This document shows positions 1-14,343 of a DNA stretch of 64,000 nt, piece after piece. The notes under the pieces are model-generated. The model saw only the letters and a list, made by a program, of their open reading frames with translations, was not told where the DNA came from and did no database searches. The position numbers were made by a program, and so were the translations under genes. The DNA is taken from NCBI GenBank assembly GCA_964016885.1, contig OZ024749.1:46996001-47060000 (forward strand), written 5' to 3'. Positions within the stretch are counted from its first letter, which is position 1; every line of letters begins with the position of its first letter. This DNA is from Eledone cirrhosa (Eukaryota).

Positions 1-78
1 CTGTTATTTTAATAAATAAATATATATATATATAGGAAGCCCTTATTGCATAGCAAACCATGTCACTCTTGTTTCTTG

Positions 79-126
<48 letters not shown>

Positions 127-579
127 ATGTGTGTCTCTGTGTGTGTATGTATGTGTGTGTATGTGTGTGGGTGTATGTGTGTGTGTGTATGTGTGTGTGT
201 GTGTGTGTGTGTGTAAACAATAAGTAACTATAGTTTGAAGTATTATGCTCATCAAAACTCACCTCATTTTCTCATTAGTTCTTATACGCAATAAATAATC
301 TGGTTTCTTATAACATAGGATGATCTAAATTCGTCTTTTATACTATGATATAAATCGTGTTTACTAAGCATTTAATATCGAAATATCAATTGTAATAATT
401 TAATGCTCCTAAGTTGCTCTGAAAATTTCTCAACATTCAGATACTATATTAAACATTACACGATGTACAGGCACGCACAAAACATGTGCATACACAAATA
501 CACGAACAACAACAGAAACACACACACACAAACACTCACGCGCGCAGACACATACACACACACACACACACACATCCAC

Positions 580-955
<376 letters not shown>

Positions 956-1143
956 TGATACATAGATAGATATAGATATATAATCCAGTCAGTGAAACAC
1001 CAAGTAACTAGGTAGTGTCCAATCACACACCTTGTGTTTTCTTGTATTAACATTATATTATCCTTACATACTTGCTAACAAACACACTTACACACATATT
1101 CATACAAGCATGCATACACACATACACGCATCACGCAAATATG

Positions 1144-1246
<103 letters not shown>

Positions 1247-1988
1247 ATACACAGTAAATCGTGTGTCTAAAATGCTCAGTATTTATACTTTAGCTATTAG
1301 TATGAATTATTAACTCTCTCTTTTACTTGTATATATATATATATATATATATATGAAATGTTGTAAGGCGCGCTTATTAATATATAAGTTATTTATCTGT
1401 ATGTAGTATAGTTCAGGGAAAGATTATTGATATATAAATTTAATAATTTATCAGGAAGTCTATTTTTTTTTCACAAAAGTATCATGCTGGAAGCCTAGTT
1501 GTTGTTTTTCGTGAAATAAAAATTGGTAGCTTCAATGTTGAAATCATTAAAATAAACGAATTTCAAGTATCGTTGGATTTAAGGTGAAGCTTCATTAACA
1601 TATTTTTATGAAAATTCTGGGAACTAACGTTAAGTACTTTTTTTATAAATATATCATAGTTTTCATCCTTTAAATATATATAATAAAATACATATGCTCG
1701 TAAAATATGACGTAAATATGGGAATATTTGAGTTAAGAAAAAACCCAGTAAAATTTGAGAAAATAAGTACAAAATGTAGGTATGAATAACAAAATAGAAG
1801 TACACTAGAATTGTATGATAGGATATGTTGGAACGGTGCTAAGGAAGGAACATAACAATTTCATTTATAGAAGGGGTTAACAGAGTTTTGAAATAGACTA
1901 AAAGACAGGAAAGAGAAAGTAAATTGTATATAGAAAAAAGAAAAAGAGAATATCTAGAAAATTAGAAAGAAAGGTGGAAATGATATCA

Positions 1989-2109
<121 letters not shown>

Positions 2110-2498
2110 GATGCGTAAAATTCCAAAATATTACAAGAAAAGAATTGAGAAAATATAAATAGAGATATAAATCGAAAGAAGTTTAGTAATATTGAAAGCC
2201 AAAAAAACGAGTACAGATAAAATATATACATATAATGAAAAAAAAATTGTTTTCCTATCATCTAATAAGTTTTTTGAAGTGATCCAAATGAAAAAGCAAG
2301 CTCCTCTGATGTACGTATTTATTGAAAGTTTTGATATTTTGTAACGTACCAAAAATCTGCGACACGAACTGAATAATAAACGCCAGAAAGATGTTGAAAT
2401 ATGAATGAAATGCAATGGCATATATGTACATATGTACAAATATACACATGGAAGAAGCAAAGAAGCACATATACACGCGTGCTTCCATAGACAATTAT

Positions 2499-2566
<68 letters not shown>

Positions 2567-2610
2567 GTATATATATATATAAATACGTACATATATATAT
2601 ATTTCTATCT

Positions 2611-2647
2611 ATTTATTAAAATAACAGATTAAAGTTTAAGCAAATAA

Positions 2648-2650
<3 letters not shown>
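2611..2650 (-). mobile_element. Family B PLE pLTR 3' end fragment
   Basis: atttattaaaataacagattaaagtttaagcaaa matches copies at 22671-22705 and 63003-63035; TA tracts nearby on both sides. Confidence 0.75.
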
Positions 2651-2695
<45 letters not shown>

Positions 2696-2696
2696 G

Positions 2697-2755
<59 letters not shown>

Positions 2756-2780
2756 GTATATATATATATATATACTTATA

Positions 2781-2841
<61 letters not shown>

Positions 2842-3149
2842 GGCATTAATGGTTTGGAGAAATAATACTCAATAGCATGATAGTGTAAAGTATTTTATTT
2901 GTCCTTATTATATACATATCCTCTCTCCTGGGGGACAAAAACATATAGTCTGTTTCTCAGAGAGGAAACATGTTTCAGATAAAAAGTAAATCACATATTT
3001 TACAGCACATTTTCAAAAGTCGGCTCTCGTCGGTATCAGCATGATAAAAAATGAGTAGTAGTAGGGACTATATAGACATGTCACTATCATTCATAGAATG
3101 AAATCTTTGCTGACATAAATTGTTTTAAAATAAAGTATTACTATCTCAC

Positions 3150-3205
<56 letters not shown>

Positions 3206-3950
3206 ATGTGTGTGTGTGTTTATGGACAAACCTGATAATATTGAATGATTCACTACCGAGCAGACGAGGAAAAGGGATTTATGATTTGTACCGAAGAATG
3301 AATGAGGCTGCATAATTGAATATTTAATATTATTCTTTCCTTGTCTTGCAAACAGTTTAAGCATCATGTCATCTATAGTTTCATGGTGATTTTCGAGTTC
3401 AATATTTGCATTTCTTCCTGCCTTCTTCTTCTGATGAGATATAATCCCTCCACATCGGAATGAGGCAATGAAATACAGCCTTGATGGTTTATGATTTTGT
3501 CGTCCATTTACATTTGTTCATTACTGTTGCAATCTATGATGCTGATACTATGGTTGACAACTCAAAATGCTAGTGCACGTACAGCAGATATTTTATTCAA
3601 TGGGTTGTACACGTATATTAAGACAGCACATACTCAACAGTATCATTCGATCACGATTTTGACTTTCTTACTGGTGTGGTGAATAACCTGGCTTATATTT
3701 ATCAGCTACTTGAATGTGTGCAGTAACGACATTTCCATAATCATCGTTGCGAGTGGTAGTCTCAGAAGTATCTGAAGGGCTTCATATCTATTTCATAATG
3801 TAATTAGAAATTGATCTCGTATATCAAGATTTGCATTTACATTTCGTTTGATCATAAATATAATAATGATAATAATAATAATTATAGCAACAAGAACAAC
3901 ATCAACAACAATAAAAAAAATAGTAATAATGAAAATAATACAAATAATAG

Positions 3951-4103
3951 AGAACGAAGGGAATCGATCTGCCAGTGGGTGAGCTCATAGCGGATGTCAA
4001 CACTGAAGATGGGTATACGTATTCGGATGCTTTTGAGGAAGATAGCATCATGGAAAACAAAATGAAGGATATGTTAACATCTGAATACATTCAAATGATA
4101 TGA
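3951..4103 (+). pseudogene. Non-LTR retrotransposon RT fragment, probably R4/Dong-like
   Basis: Translates to RTKGIDLPVGELIADVNTEDGYTYSDAFEEDSIMENKMKDMLTSEYIQ, resembling the recalled GIELP..GYKYLG..E....MK......EY segment of R4/Dong RTs; follows a degenerate (TAA/CAA)n tract. Confidence 0.5.
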
Positions 4104-5376
4104 ACATCTTAAGTGAAATAAATTGCTAATTATAAGCAATGTTGCAATTGGTATATCTATCGTTATGCTTTTTGTAGTTTTACCCTGCCTTATATTCAAT
4201 GTTTAATTCACATTTATTTGTTTTTCGCCATCCTAGTTTCTCCATTGTCATATACATTTCAATACATTAGAAAACATTAAATTATAAATACTACTTTTAC
4301 TATATCTTCCTCGCATTCTTTATGTCCTTGGATTCCTCACAGATTCGTCCGCCCTTATGGCTAATAAAATATATAATTAATATTACAATTATTACAATTT
4401 TTATATATAGTTTGCCTTTCCTATTAATATATCTGATAATCATACTTGATAATTATTAATGTTATTATTTAGGAAAGTCAGTCTATACATCTATATACAC
4501 CATGAGTTAATACATTTGCCTATTTTATAACATTAGAATAAGAGAAAATTATTCTACTTTCAATACATAAAGGAAACATGAAAGCGCATGTGTGATTGAA
4601 GATTGTTGAACTTAGAAGCATCATTTCTAATTTCGGTGTTTAAACACGTGTAATATATAACATATTTTTATATGTTTAACCTATATTTATAACCGTATCT
4701 ATAAAAAACGCAATCACAAAAACAACAACAACAACTATATCAAATACTGGGAAATAAAATGCTAATCTTACGGGGAAATTATCATATATATTCGTTTTGA
4801 GCAGCATATTATTTTGAAACTATTTCCAGTTTCCTGGATAATAACACGTGATAGTCTATATGGGATGTAAGAACTGTACCAATTCATGTATGTTATGTAT
4901 AACACATACATACACAATATATACGCGCGCACGATATACATATATGCGTACGTGCGTATTTATATGACAACGTACAGGCATATGTATTTTAATTTTTGTG
5001 TTTTATTTCATATTACCGTTCTGAAATAAAGAAATGAATGTTACCATATATTCGTTATTACTCCAAGTTTCTTGGAGATCACACGAGAGCGTAATGGTAG
5101 ATGATATTTAAAAGTTGCAATTACGTCTGTGAATGACCATATGCAACATACTAAATACAGATGAAATGTATGTTTGAAGTTAGATGACGATATTATAGAA
5201 TTTATGCTGACACTCTTGGAATATGCTCGGCTTTAAAACGCAAATATTTAACTGATATTTTCCTTCAATGTGTACAAAATTATGCGTATATATATGTGTG
5301 TGTGAGTGTGTAACGTGTTCCTTTGTAACTACACATATTTATTCATACGCACATACATATTAATGTGAGAGTCTGC

Positions 5377-5414
<38 letters not shown>

Positions 5415-6468
5415 ACCAATAACTTTCTACAATTATTTCACTCACCTTCTTCTCTCTCATATATGTTATCAGTATACTTTGATCAAACACACTACTTTAG
5501 AAGTTTGCGAACTGCCGTGTCAACGGTATTCATAAATACCATTAGTGGTGTGGGATAAGCGAAGTAAAAGAAGATTTGAAAGCTAAAGCTCCATCGGTGA
5601 TTCCATTTGACATATGTTTATCTCCTACAGAACGGCTTCTTGCACACTATTTTATTACTTAAACATCATTATTTTATAAATGTTACATATCTTTAAATTG
5701 TTTGAGAACCGATTCTAATTACTAATACTACTTGTAAATATATGATAGCCTATACACTGACGAACAGGAGTTAGAATGCAAGAACTATTCTTTTTTTCAG
5801 AATAGAAATGTTATTCATGTTAATAACCGTTGTGCTTTCTATGGACTAGTCAGATGAAGACACTGAAAACAATTCACACTTCTTGGACTACTAAAATATG
5901 TTAAGAGGAAGAGACGAGTTTATCTTACACAAAATGTTTGAGCTGGACACAAGAAACCTTTGCAAAATACTAGTATCATATTTGAGCAAATATAAACTTC
6001 AAGAGAAGAAACACACGGTTGCGAAGTATCAACACATGTCTTTCATTCAAATACCGTTTATCGTGCTATGGTCTTTTAGGGTGTTAATGGAATTCGGTTG
6101 CCCGAAGTACTTTTAAGTGCCTCATTACACAATCCCTGTGATTGGTGAGTGATCAAAAACAAGTACCAAATTATAGTAATATCATCCAATTATTTGATTC
6201 GATAACCAATGTCGCAGAGAAACAAGGAGGAAATAATTCAATGATAGGTTATTTTAGCACAGGTCAGATCCGTTATCTTTAGCAAGAATATAAACAAAAA
6301 GTATTTTCAGTTGAACCCTATCTTCCCGTAAAAAAAGAGCATTGACAGAAGAACGGACACACTGGAGTTGATCTGACACACGCCCCTGGCTTCTGGACAT
6401 GCTACTCCTTTCTGTGCCCCCCTGAAATGATGCAGTGTCAAACACATGCACATGCTTATATGTACACG

Positions 6469-6551
<83 letters not shown>

Positions 6552-6619
6552 AAAAAGGGATGAAATCGAAAATGCAACTGAAGTCTTATTTTTTTTTAAA
6601 TATATATATTTATTTGGTT

Positions 6620-6657
6620 CCTTTACCGGTTTCGCAGTTCTTCTGCTTTTCAAAAGG
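6620..6657 (-). ncRNA. Mirror copy of the family C hammerhead
   Basis: Reverse complement of 6734-6771. Confidence 0.85.
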
Positions 6658-6733
6658 TGAGTTGAGATGGAGGGTCTGTGGTTTTTCTCACATCAGGATG
6701 TGAGAAAAACCACAGACCCTCCATCTCAACTCA

Positions 6734-6771
6734 CCTTTTGAAAAGCAGAAGAACTGCGAAACCGGTAAAGG
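6734..6771 (+). ncRNA. Minimal type I hammerhead ribozyme, U3:A8 variant (family C)
   Basis: CCTT-TTGAAAA-GCAG AAGAA CTGC-GAAA-CCGG-TA-AAGG: stem I CCTT/AAGG, 4-bp stem II, palindromic ACCGGT stem III, GUA site. Confidence 0.85.
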
Positions 6772-6901
6772 AACCAAATAAATATATATATTTAAAAAAA
6801 AATAAGACTTCAGTTGCATTTTCAATTTCATCCCTTTTTCTTTATACTTCCACTCGTGTAGGACACCTCGGTTATTTTTCATTTTGTAAAAAAAACCTCA
6901 C

Positions 6902-6953
<52 letters not shown>

Positions 6954-7726
6954 ATAATAATAATAATAATAATAAAGAGAAAACCATGTTTATGGTATAA
7001 AGCATTCTGTTGTTAGTGTTTTGAGTCTGCATGTCTAACATATATGCGCAGCTTGTGAATAAAAAAATGAATGAATTCGCTGGCCGTGGTGATCCCTGCC
7101 TAAACTCTTTTGTAATCTATCGTCTTATTGGTTAATTTCATCGTCTTATTGGTTAATCAACCAATGAGAGTAATTGGTGCTCAAAAGCTTCCGCCACTTT
7201 GTTTGCACGTTTATTTATCGTTTCGTCTTCGAATCTTCCTCATGTATTTCCTCGTTTATCATCAACATATTTTTCCCGTTATAATGTTTAATTTATATAT
7301 GATTTTTTTATATTTATATTAACTAATTTTGTTCAGTTCGTTATAACATGCTTATAATATTGGCTGTATCTTATTTACTTGTATATTTGCCCATATTATT
7401 GTTAGATTATTTTACATTATTTTATCATTATTATGGTAGATTATTTTTTTAATTATTATGTTAGACTATTTATATGTAATATTTAATCTTTATTAAATCA
7501 ACTTAAACATTTTTTATGTAAAATATATTTATGTAACATTGATTGTGTTTTGCAGTTGTTTATATTAAACGTCTGAACATATTTTTAAACATCTTACAAT
7601 AATATTTATAAGATCATTTATAAAATAACAATTATATAATCTAATTACATTACAACGATAATTTATTATTAATATATATCATATTTAACTAGAGTTATTA
7701 CAAGCTTTGCCTTAAAATAATATTAA

Positions 7727-8165
7727 ACTAGACCTGAAAAATGCGCAAGCTCAAAAGAGCCAGAGAATGTTATAATAAACCTTCAAAAGTGTGGGACGAG
7801 AGTTGTTGCTCAAACATTATTGTAATCATTATATATCGTACACTGTGGCATCCTTTTATAAAAAAGAGACACATAACGAACTCAAGACGACAGGATAAAT
7901 ATTTAAGTCAAATTATAATATAGAATTCAGTTTAAGTGCATTTCGTATTAATCATTACTAAACATATAATATGAGATATTGAATATTAGCTTACATACTT
8001 ATCGTGTCGTCTTGAGTTATGAGTCTCTTTTTCATAAACGGATGCCACAGAGTGTACGATAGATAATGATTACAATATTTTGGCGCAACAACTCTAGTCC
8101 CACATATTTGAAGGTTTATTATAACATTCAGTGGCTCTTTTGAGCTTGCGCATGTTCCATGTCTA

Positions 8166-8167
<2 letters not shown>
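7727..8167. repeat. Diverged inverted repeat (arms ~7727-7906 and ~7990-8167) abutting (TA)n
   Basis: tgcgcaagctcaaaagagcca...ctcaagacgaca mirrored by tgtcgtcttgag...tggctcttttgagcttgcgca. Confidence 0.8.
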
Positions 8168-8206
<39 letters not shown>

Positions 8207-8292
8207 GTATAGCAATATAAGGTTGCACTTACCAATGAAACGGTCGTAAATACCTGGATAACATGCTTCTCTTAATGATTATCTGTGTTTTC

Positions 8293-8354
<62 letters not shown>

Positions 8355-8566
8355 TTTCTGAATTTGTTTAGGAAGATTCTTCATCTGAAAACGTGTGTTG
8401 AAACCGATATTGCTATACTTTTGGAGGGTCATGTTGCCAATAAGAAACACACGCACCAGTTAAAACCACTTCAATTTATTATAAATTATATGAATATAAA
8501 TTTCATAAATTTTATAAATTTCCGGTTGGTTGTTTGGTTCCACAACCGGATGGTTGTTCATATATT

Positions 8567-8609
8567 ATCAAAGTTCTTTCGTCACACATTCAGTGACATC
8601 TTCAGTGAC
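8567..8609 (-). ncRNA. Type I hammerhead ribozyme (family D)
   Basis: GTCA-CTGAAGA-T-GTCAC..GTGAC-GAAA-GAAC-TT-TGA; one extra nucleotide after A9. Confidence 0.75.
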
Positions 8610-8805
8610 TAGGGATCTTTGTTATGTGTACTGTGCCTCTCCTTTGTTCTGTCCTAGGCCATCTTGTGTTTGTGTGTGCTGTGTGCTTGGTTTTCGCATG
8701 TGTTACATCCGGTGGTATGTGTGAGTTTTTATTTGTTTGTTTATTTGTTTATTTACATGTTACTAGTTAGTTGTTTGTTCTATTTGTGTGATTTTCCTTT
8801 GGTCC

Positions 8806-9540
8806 TTAATTATAAGTTATGGTGTTGCTATTCCATTCATGTTCTCTATTTAATTTTGGGTGGAGTTCATTTATGTTTATTGCCTCTGTGATTTGTCTAA
8901 GTATTGCATATTTTCTGTGTGTAGATTCTATGTTTATCTCTATTTTCTCTAATTTGCCCTTACGTTCTATTTTAGCATGTTGGTAGAGTATTGATGATTC
9001 TTTTCTGTCTTGGAGTTCTCGCCAGTGTTTATTTAATCGTTCTCCTATGCTACGAGCTGTCTCATCTATGTATATTATATTCTTATTTTTACATAGTCCC
9101 TCAGTACATCTTATGCTATATACTAGGTTTCTAGTTTTATAGTTAATATGGGAGCTTAGGTTACAGATTATGCATTTCCTATCTATACAGGGAGGTCTTT
9201 GAAAAGGGTATGTATTACTAATTAGAGTTTTTATGGAGGTATTTGGTCTTTCCACTATCTTAATATTTAGTTTAAGTTTATCTAGGGCCCTTCTAAATTT
9301 GTAAGCTAGTTCACCTCTCGGGGTTGTATTGATGAACATTACACTCTGGTATTTATTGCTATCATTCCATGAGTTTATTTTATTAACATTATTCCTAGTT
9401 ATTTCTATTCTATTCCAAAATCTGCTCCTATACAAGGGGCAGGTCACATTTGTATCGTTATTTAACATTTATTCCCATTTGGTTCTGGCTCCGCTATAAA
9501 ATCTGATTTTATCTCTCTGATTGTAGCCAGAGAACTGCAT
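8806..9540 (-). pseudogene. PLE RT-thumb, Cys linker and GIY-YIG endonuclease remnant (Neptune/Nematis-like linker)
   Basis: MQFSGY thumb motif, CIDRKCIIC linker, LVYSIRC...YIDETARSIGERLNKH, RQITEAINI..HPKLN; in-frame stop near 9470. Confidence 0.88.
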
Positions 9541-9694
9541 ATGGTGGACGAAGTGTTGTATGTGCCTCTCTAATTCTTTGGGGTTGCACATGCTGTTTCT
9601 CTACCGTTATATCGCGTGACTATCTCCCCCTCCGCCTTTTGGGATTCTTTCTCACGTCGTGTAGACGCGTTGTTGAAGCTAGTAAAATGAGGTA

Positions 9695-9782
9695 TCCTCT
9701 TGATAAGTCGGCAGACCTCGCAAAGACTATATCTTTATGATGTATTGTTTTTGTTTATGCCACGAAACTACGTAGTTGAGGA
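9695..9782 (+). ncRNA. Type I hammerhead ribozyme, U3:A8 variant with long stem II (family M)
   Basis: TCCTC-TTGATAA-GTCGGCA...TGCCAC-GAAA-CTACGTAG-TT-GAGGA; ACTACGTAGT is a 10-bp palindrome. Confidence 0.8.
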
Positions 9783-9866
9783 ATCTAGGAGCAGTTTAGG
9801 TATGATACATGTTATTACTAATTATATCTAAATGTTTCTTCTCTCTTCATAATGTATATATATATG

Positions 9867-9988
<122 letters not shown>

Positions 9989-10717
9989 TGTTGTGCTTGT
10001 GGGCACATGTTCTCATATATATTCCATAGTTTTTCATGTGCATTCTCAAAATTCGCAAAAGATGCTGAAGATGCCTACTATCATAGAAAGCTAAATGATA
10101 AATTCGATTATAATTACAAGTAAAGTATTAATACAGCATATTGATCAACAACAGAAAGTAAGTTCAATACGTATGAAAATAAAACACAATTACAAATATA
10201 CTCTTAATCTTATCATTTCAAAAGGAGCGTGTATGATTATACTTCTTTAGGAATTTGTTCTTGGAAAATTAACTTGGCATTTTACACCATAAAAATAATA
10301 CACGACTCTTGTATTTTTATATTCCATAACGAAAACAGACAAGATTCATTTATTGTAATTTAGTTTATTTTTTCCAAATCTATTTCTAAATTGATGGAAC
10401 CATACAAGCCATGTCAGAGAGATATGAGACAGCACTGATAATCGATTTTCGATGCTAAATATGACTGAACTATAACGAGAAATATTTACTTTTAAATTTA
10501 TCATTTTTCAAAAAAGATGACATATGATAACATGGTTTTCACTTCTCACTTTTGATGCCTAGGCAGCGACATTTCTTAATATCAGAGTCTTTCAGAAGGT
10601 TTACTAGTGGGTGGGTAACAACATTCCAACAATTATTCATGTCATTTCTGGAAAACATTATTTTTCATCTGTCATGATTCATTTGCAAATTCCGTATGAT
10701 TGCGAAATGTAGCTTGC

Positions 10718-10772
<55 letters not shown>

Positions 10773-10794
10773 ACAGATATACATATATATATAT

Positions 10795-10948
10795 AAATAA
10801 CAGATTAAAGTTTAAGCAACTAATCGGTGCTTTCACCCTTAATGAATCTTTGCTCTATGATTCTTCTATAATTGATATATATTTGATATATATCTATCTT
10901 TATCGAGCTATCTTTGGATTTTAGTTTTCAAATGTATTACTATTACTA
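10795..10948. mobile_element. Family B head-to-head remnant (short arm plus tail)
   Basis: Left part matches the family B arm on the minus strand, right part matches the family B tail; TA flanks. Confidence 0.7.
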
Positions 10949-10958
10949 TATATATATA

Positions 10959-11195
<237 letters not shown>

Positions 11196-11408
11196 AAGAG
11201 AGAGCGAGAAAGAGAAATATATATATATATATACTCACAGACATATATGAATATACATAAATACGATAACATATATTTAAATCTGTGTGGTTGTATAGTT
11301 GTATACATCTTGGAATGAGTGCTGTTGTATAAAGCGAATCAGAAATGGAAGCCATGAAAATGTGTATTACATTGCTTACCTTACTGCAGAATGTGACAAT
11401 GCGGCTAA

Positions 11409-12118
11409 GTAGAAATATCCGAGACCCCCCAGTAGAAAACTGATGAGGACTCCGCCGCCGCGCTTGATTTCTACTCATTCCCACTCCATTCTAGGATACG
11501 TTATATAGCAACTACTCAGCCATTTCTATTCTATTCATCATGTTTTCGAGTGACCATTTTTCTCTCCCTATCTACCTAATTCGCTACTTTCTGCTCTCAC
11601 CCCTCTTTATTCCTCTCCCTTTCTCCCTCTCACTTTCACTCATCTTCTCTACCGGTCTTCTCTCTTCTTCTACCTAATTATTTCATTACTATCTACTCTT
11701 ACCCCACATACTTCCTCTCCCTTTCTCCCTCTCAATTTCACTCCCTCGCCTGACCTTTTAATAGTTCTTTTATCACTTAAAACTGCTGGTGTCAGACGTG
11801 TGTCTTTTTTCCTCGACCACACAGTCTTGAACTTAAGTTCTCTTATCGTGTGGTCTTGGATGTTCATACCTTAAGTTGCTCGCACATTGCCCGGTTTGCT
11901 GTCTTTTTTTCGATGTTTTTTCACCGTTTTCTCTTTTCTTCCCCTTTGTTTTCCTTCCCTACCTCCTCGGTTTTCCTAATAACTTATCCAGTTATTGACG
12001 CCCTGGATGGTAGATATCTTGTATTTAAAGCGTAGAAATATCCGAGATCCCCAGTAGACTACTGATGAGGAATCTCCCCTACTGTTCTTGCTTTTTTCTT
12101 ATTTCCACTCCATTTTAA
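11409..12118. mobile_element. ~620 bp unit with ~85 bp direct terminal repeats and a CT-rich interior (family F-related)
   Basis: gtagaaatatccgaga..cccagtaga..actgatgagga at 11409 and 12032; ends in TA. Confidence 0.6.
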
Positions 12119-12727
12119 GTTATATATATATATCTATACATACATATATACATACACATTATTATATATAAACATATTTACTCTATGATTTTATAGATTT
12201 TATATATATATTATCATTATCAAGCCCTCTTCGGACATGAATCTTCACATTTATTATTATCATATATATATATATGAACACATAAAAAAAACCATCGCTG
12301 CAAAAGCCCGATAGGCAGCGAAATGCTGTAAAAGTGAGTGATGAGCAAGGATGCTTCATAGGAAAAGAAACCAGCGGCCAGGGATTGAATAAGAGACATC
12401 CATGAGACGGGAGTGAGGCAGCTGAAGTGTATAGCATACCCGCATTTGTTTGATTTAACGGATTCTAATGATGAATACATTTGCCACTAGACACAGTCTC
12501 TTAGAACTTTTATGAATATAATGTACTTCTTTTCGATAACATGTTTAAAATTGCTCATGAATATCTATTTTAAAAATAACGTAATCATTATTGTTAATAG
12601 TGGCAAGTTATAGATGTAATAATAAAGGGTTTTCAGCAATTGCTTCGTTAGGCTAACTTGAGTATACACCGATCAATAATGATCAATAAATAAATGGATT
12701 ATACATATATATATATATAGAGAGAGA

Positions 12728-13133
12728 GCGGGTAAAATTCCCGGGATCAATGGACGAGTTCTCTCCAGTGGTCTCTGTCCCTCATTATCGCCGCCATGTC
12801 CTGTGTCTCCAACAGACCAGTGTCTGTCCTTAGGGCATCAACATGTGTTAACTTCCGTCTTCCTCTTCCAGTGTGTCCATGCAGGGGCTTCCACAGGAGC
12901 GCTGAGTGCCGTGTCAACTCTGGATGTCGGTGAACATGTCCAGCTAACCTCAGTCTCCTCTGTGTCACTTTTGAGCTGACTTTTGGGAGGCTCCCGTAGA
13001 GCTGTGAGTTCCTAAACCGCAGTGTATACTGACTAATGTTCAGCGCCATCGTCAGCATTCACGTGTAGCACCCATTCACCATCTGAGTGAGTTTCTTGGT
13101 CAGTGTCCAAGTCTCAGACCCGTACAGCAGCAT
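12728..13133 (-). pseudogene. RTE-clade LINE 3' end
   Basis: LLYGSETWTLTKK...RRLRLAGHVHRH...LLWKPLHG..GRGR...DRDHW motifs. Confidence 0.9.
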
Positions 13134-13343
13134 CCACTACTTGATGGGATGACATACGTCTTTGAGATACTGGCTAGAGTACTCCAGGGAGATATATTGG
13201 CTTCCTACGTTTTTATCATCGTAGTGGACTATTGTATGCGCCTTGCGCTAGAGAAATACCAGGAATCTGGCTTTATTTTAACACCGGCTCAGAGCAGGAG
13301 AATTAAGGCAAAAAGGACATTGGATGGTGAATTTGCCGACTAT
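13134..13343 (+). pseudogene. Inverted RTE RT-core fragment
   Basis: VLQGDILASYVFIIVVDY...EFAD (RT motifs QGD and FADD). Confidence 0.85.
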
Positions 13344-13436
<93 letters not shown>

Positions 13437-13683
13437 TACATGGAAACTACATTTATAAAACCATAATTATTTTATTATATATATTTCAAGGGCAACCAAG
13501 GCAAATTTTGGTGCGCTTCCATCAGATAAATTACAAATTTGTTTTATAAATATTGACATACCCGCATAAAAACAACCTTAACGGTTGAGGTTCGTTGGAT
13601 ATTAATATATTATTATATCAGTTATAAAAATGGTTAAGCTTTTTGTATCCCAACAAATTAAATATAATTTCTGCATATATATA

Positions 13684-13730
<47 letters not shown>

Positions 13731-13821
13731 CGAAGGAAATGTGGTAAGGAACCAGGTGGACCATAACGCACCAAAGTACTCAATACTTGAGGTAGTAGAG
13801 TGGGTAATAGGAACCAGTAAG

Positions 13822-13915
13822 ACCCCGACAGCTGAGCTCAAGCCGTTTCGACGGCTAATTCTGGACTAAATGAAAATTTATCCTGGTATTTAAATAGCCG
13901 ATCTTCTCAAGGGGT
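13822..13915 (-). ncRNA. Mirror copy of the family A hammerhead
   Basis: Reverse complement of 14015-14108. Confidence 0.85.
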
Positions 13916-14014
13916 AATTCCATATATGGTCAAAGTGATTGTCAAAAATCAGTAGTAATTCAACCACAGAATTACTACTGATTTTTGACAATCACTTTGA
14001 CCATATATGGAATT

Positions 14015-14108
14015 ACCCCTTGAGAAGATCGGCTATTTAAATACCAGGATAAATTTTCATTTAGTCCAGAATTAGCCGTCGAAACGGCTTGAGCTCAGCT
14101 GTCGGGGT
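14015..14108 (+). ncRNA. Type I hammerhead ribozyme, U3:A8 variant with extended stems II and III (family A)
   Basis: ACCCC-TTGAGAA-GATCGGCTA...TAGCCGTC-GAAA-CGGCTTGAGCTCAGCT-GTC-GGGGT; GUC site; GAGCTC palindrome at the tip of stem III. Confidence 0.85.
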
Positions 14109-14118
14109 CTTACTGGTT

Positions 14119-14343
<225 letters not shown>

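Larger units (their letters stand above)
6545..6908. mobile_element. Family C fold-back (head-to-head) PLE-type pLTR insertion with 3' tail
   Basis: Near-perfect ~150 bp arms around a 2-nt loop (6695-6696); extra ~60 bp tail at 6847-6908; (TA)n on both sides. Confidence 0.85.
8352..9595 (-). mobile_element. 5'-truncated Penelope-like element with 3' pLTR (family D) ending in (TA)n
   Basis: GIY-YIG ORF remnant followed by a repeat also found at 19472, 50205 and 63503 that carries an HHR. Confidence 0.9.

Noticed and set aside
2960-2982. GAAACATGTTTC palindrome resembling an HHR stem III
   Set aside because: No matching core or stem I on either strand
3425-3480. CTGATGAGAT...ATCGGAA hammerhead-like core
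   Set aside because: GAAA is mutated and no valid NUH site or stem I was found
5480-6116. Possible ancient DNA-transposon or THAP coding relic
   Set aside because: No diagnostic motif could be confirmed by eye
6310-6440. GC-richer segment with a possible minus-strand splice acceptor (catttcag)
   Set aside because: No recognisable protein in any frame and no convincing donor site
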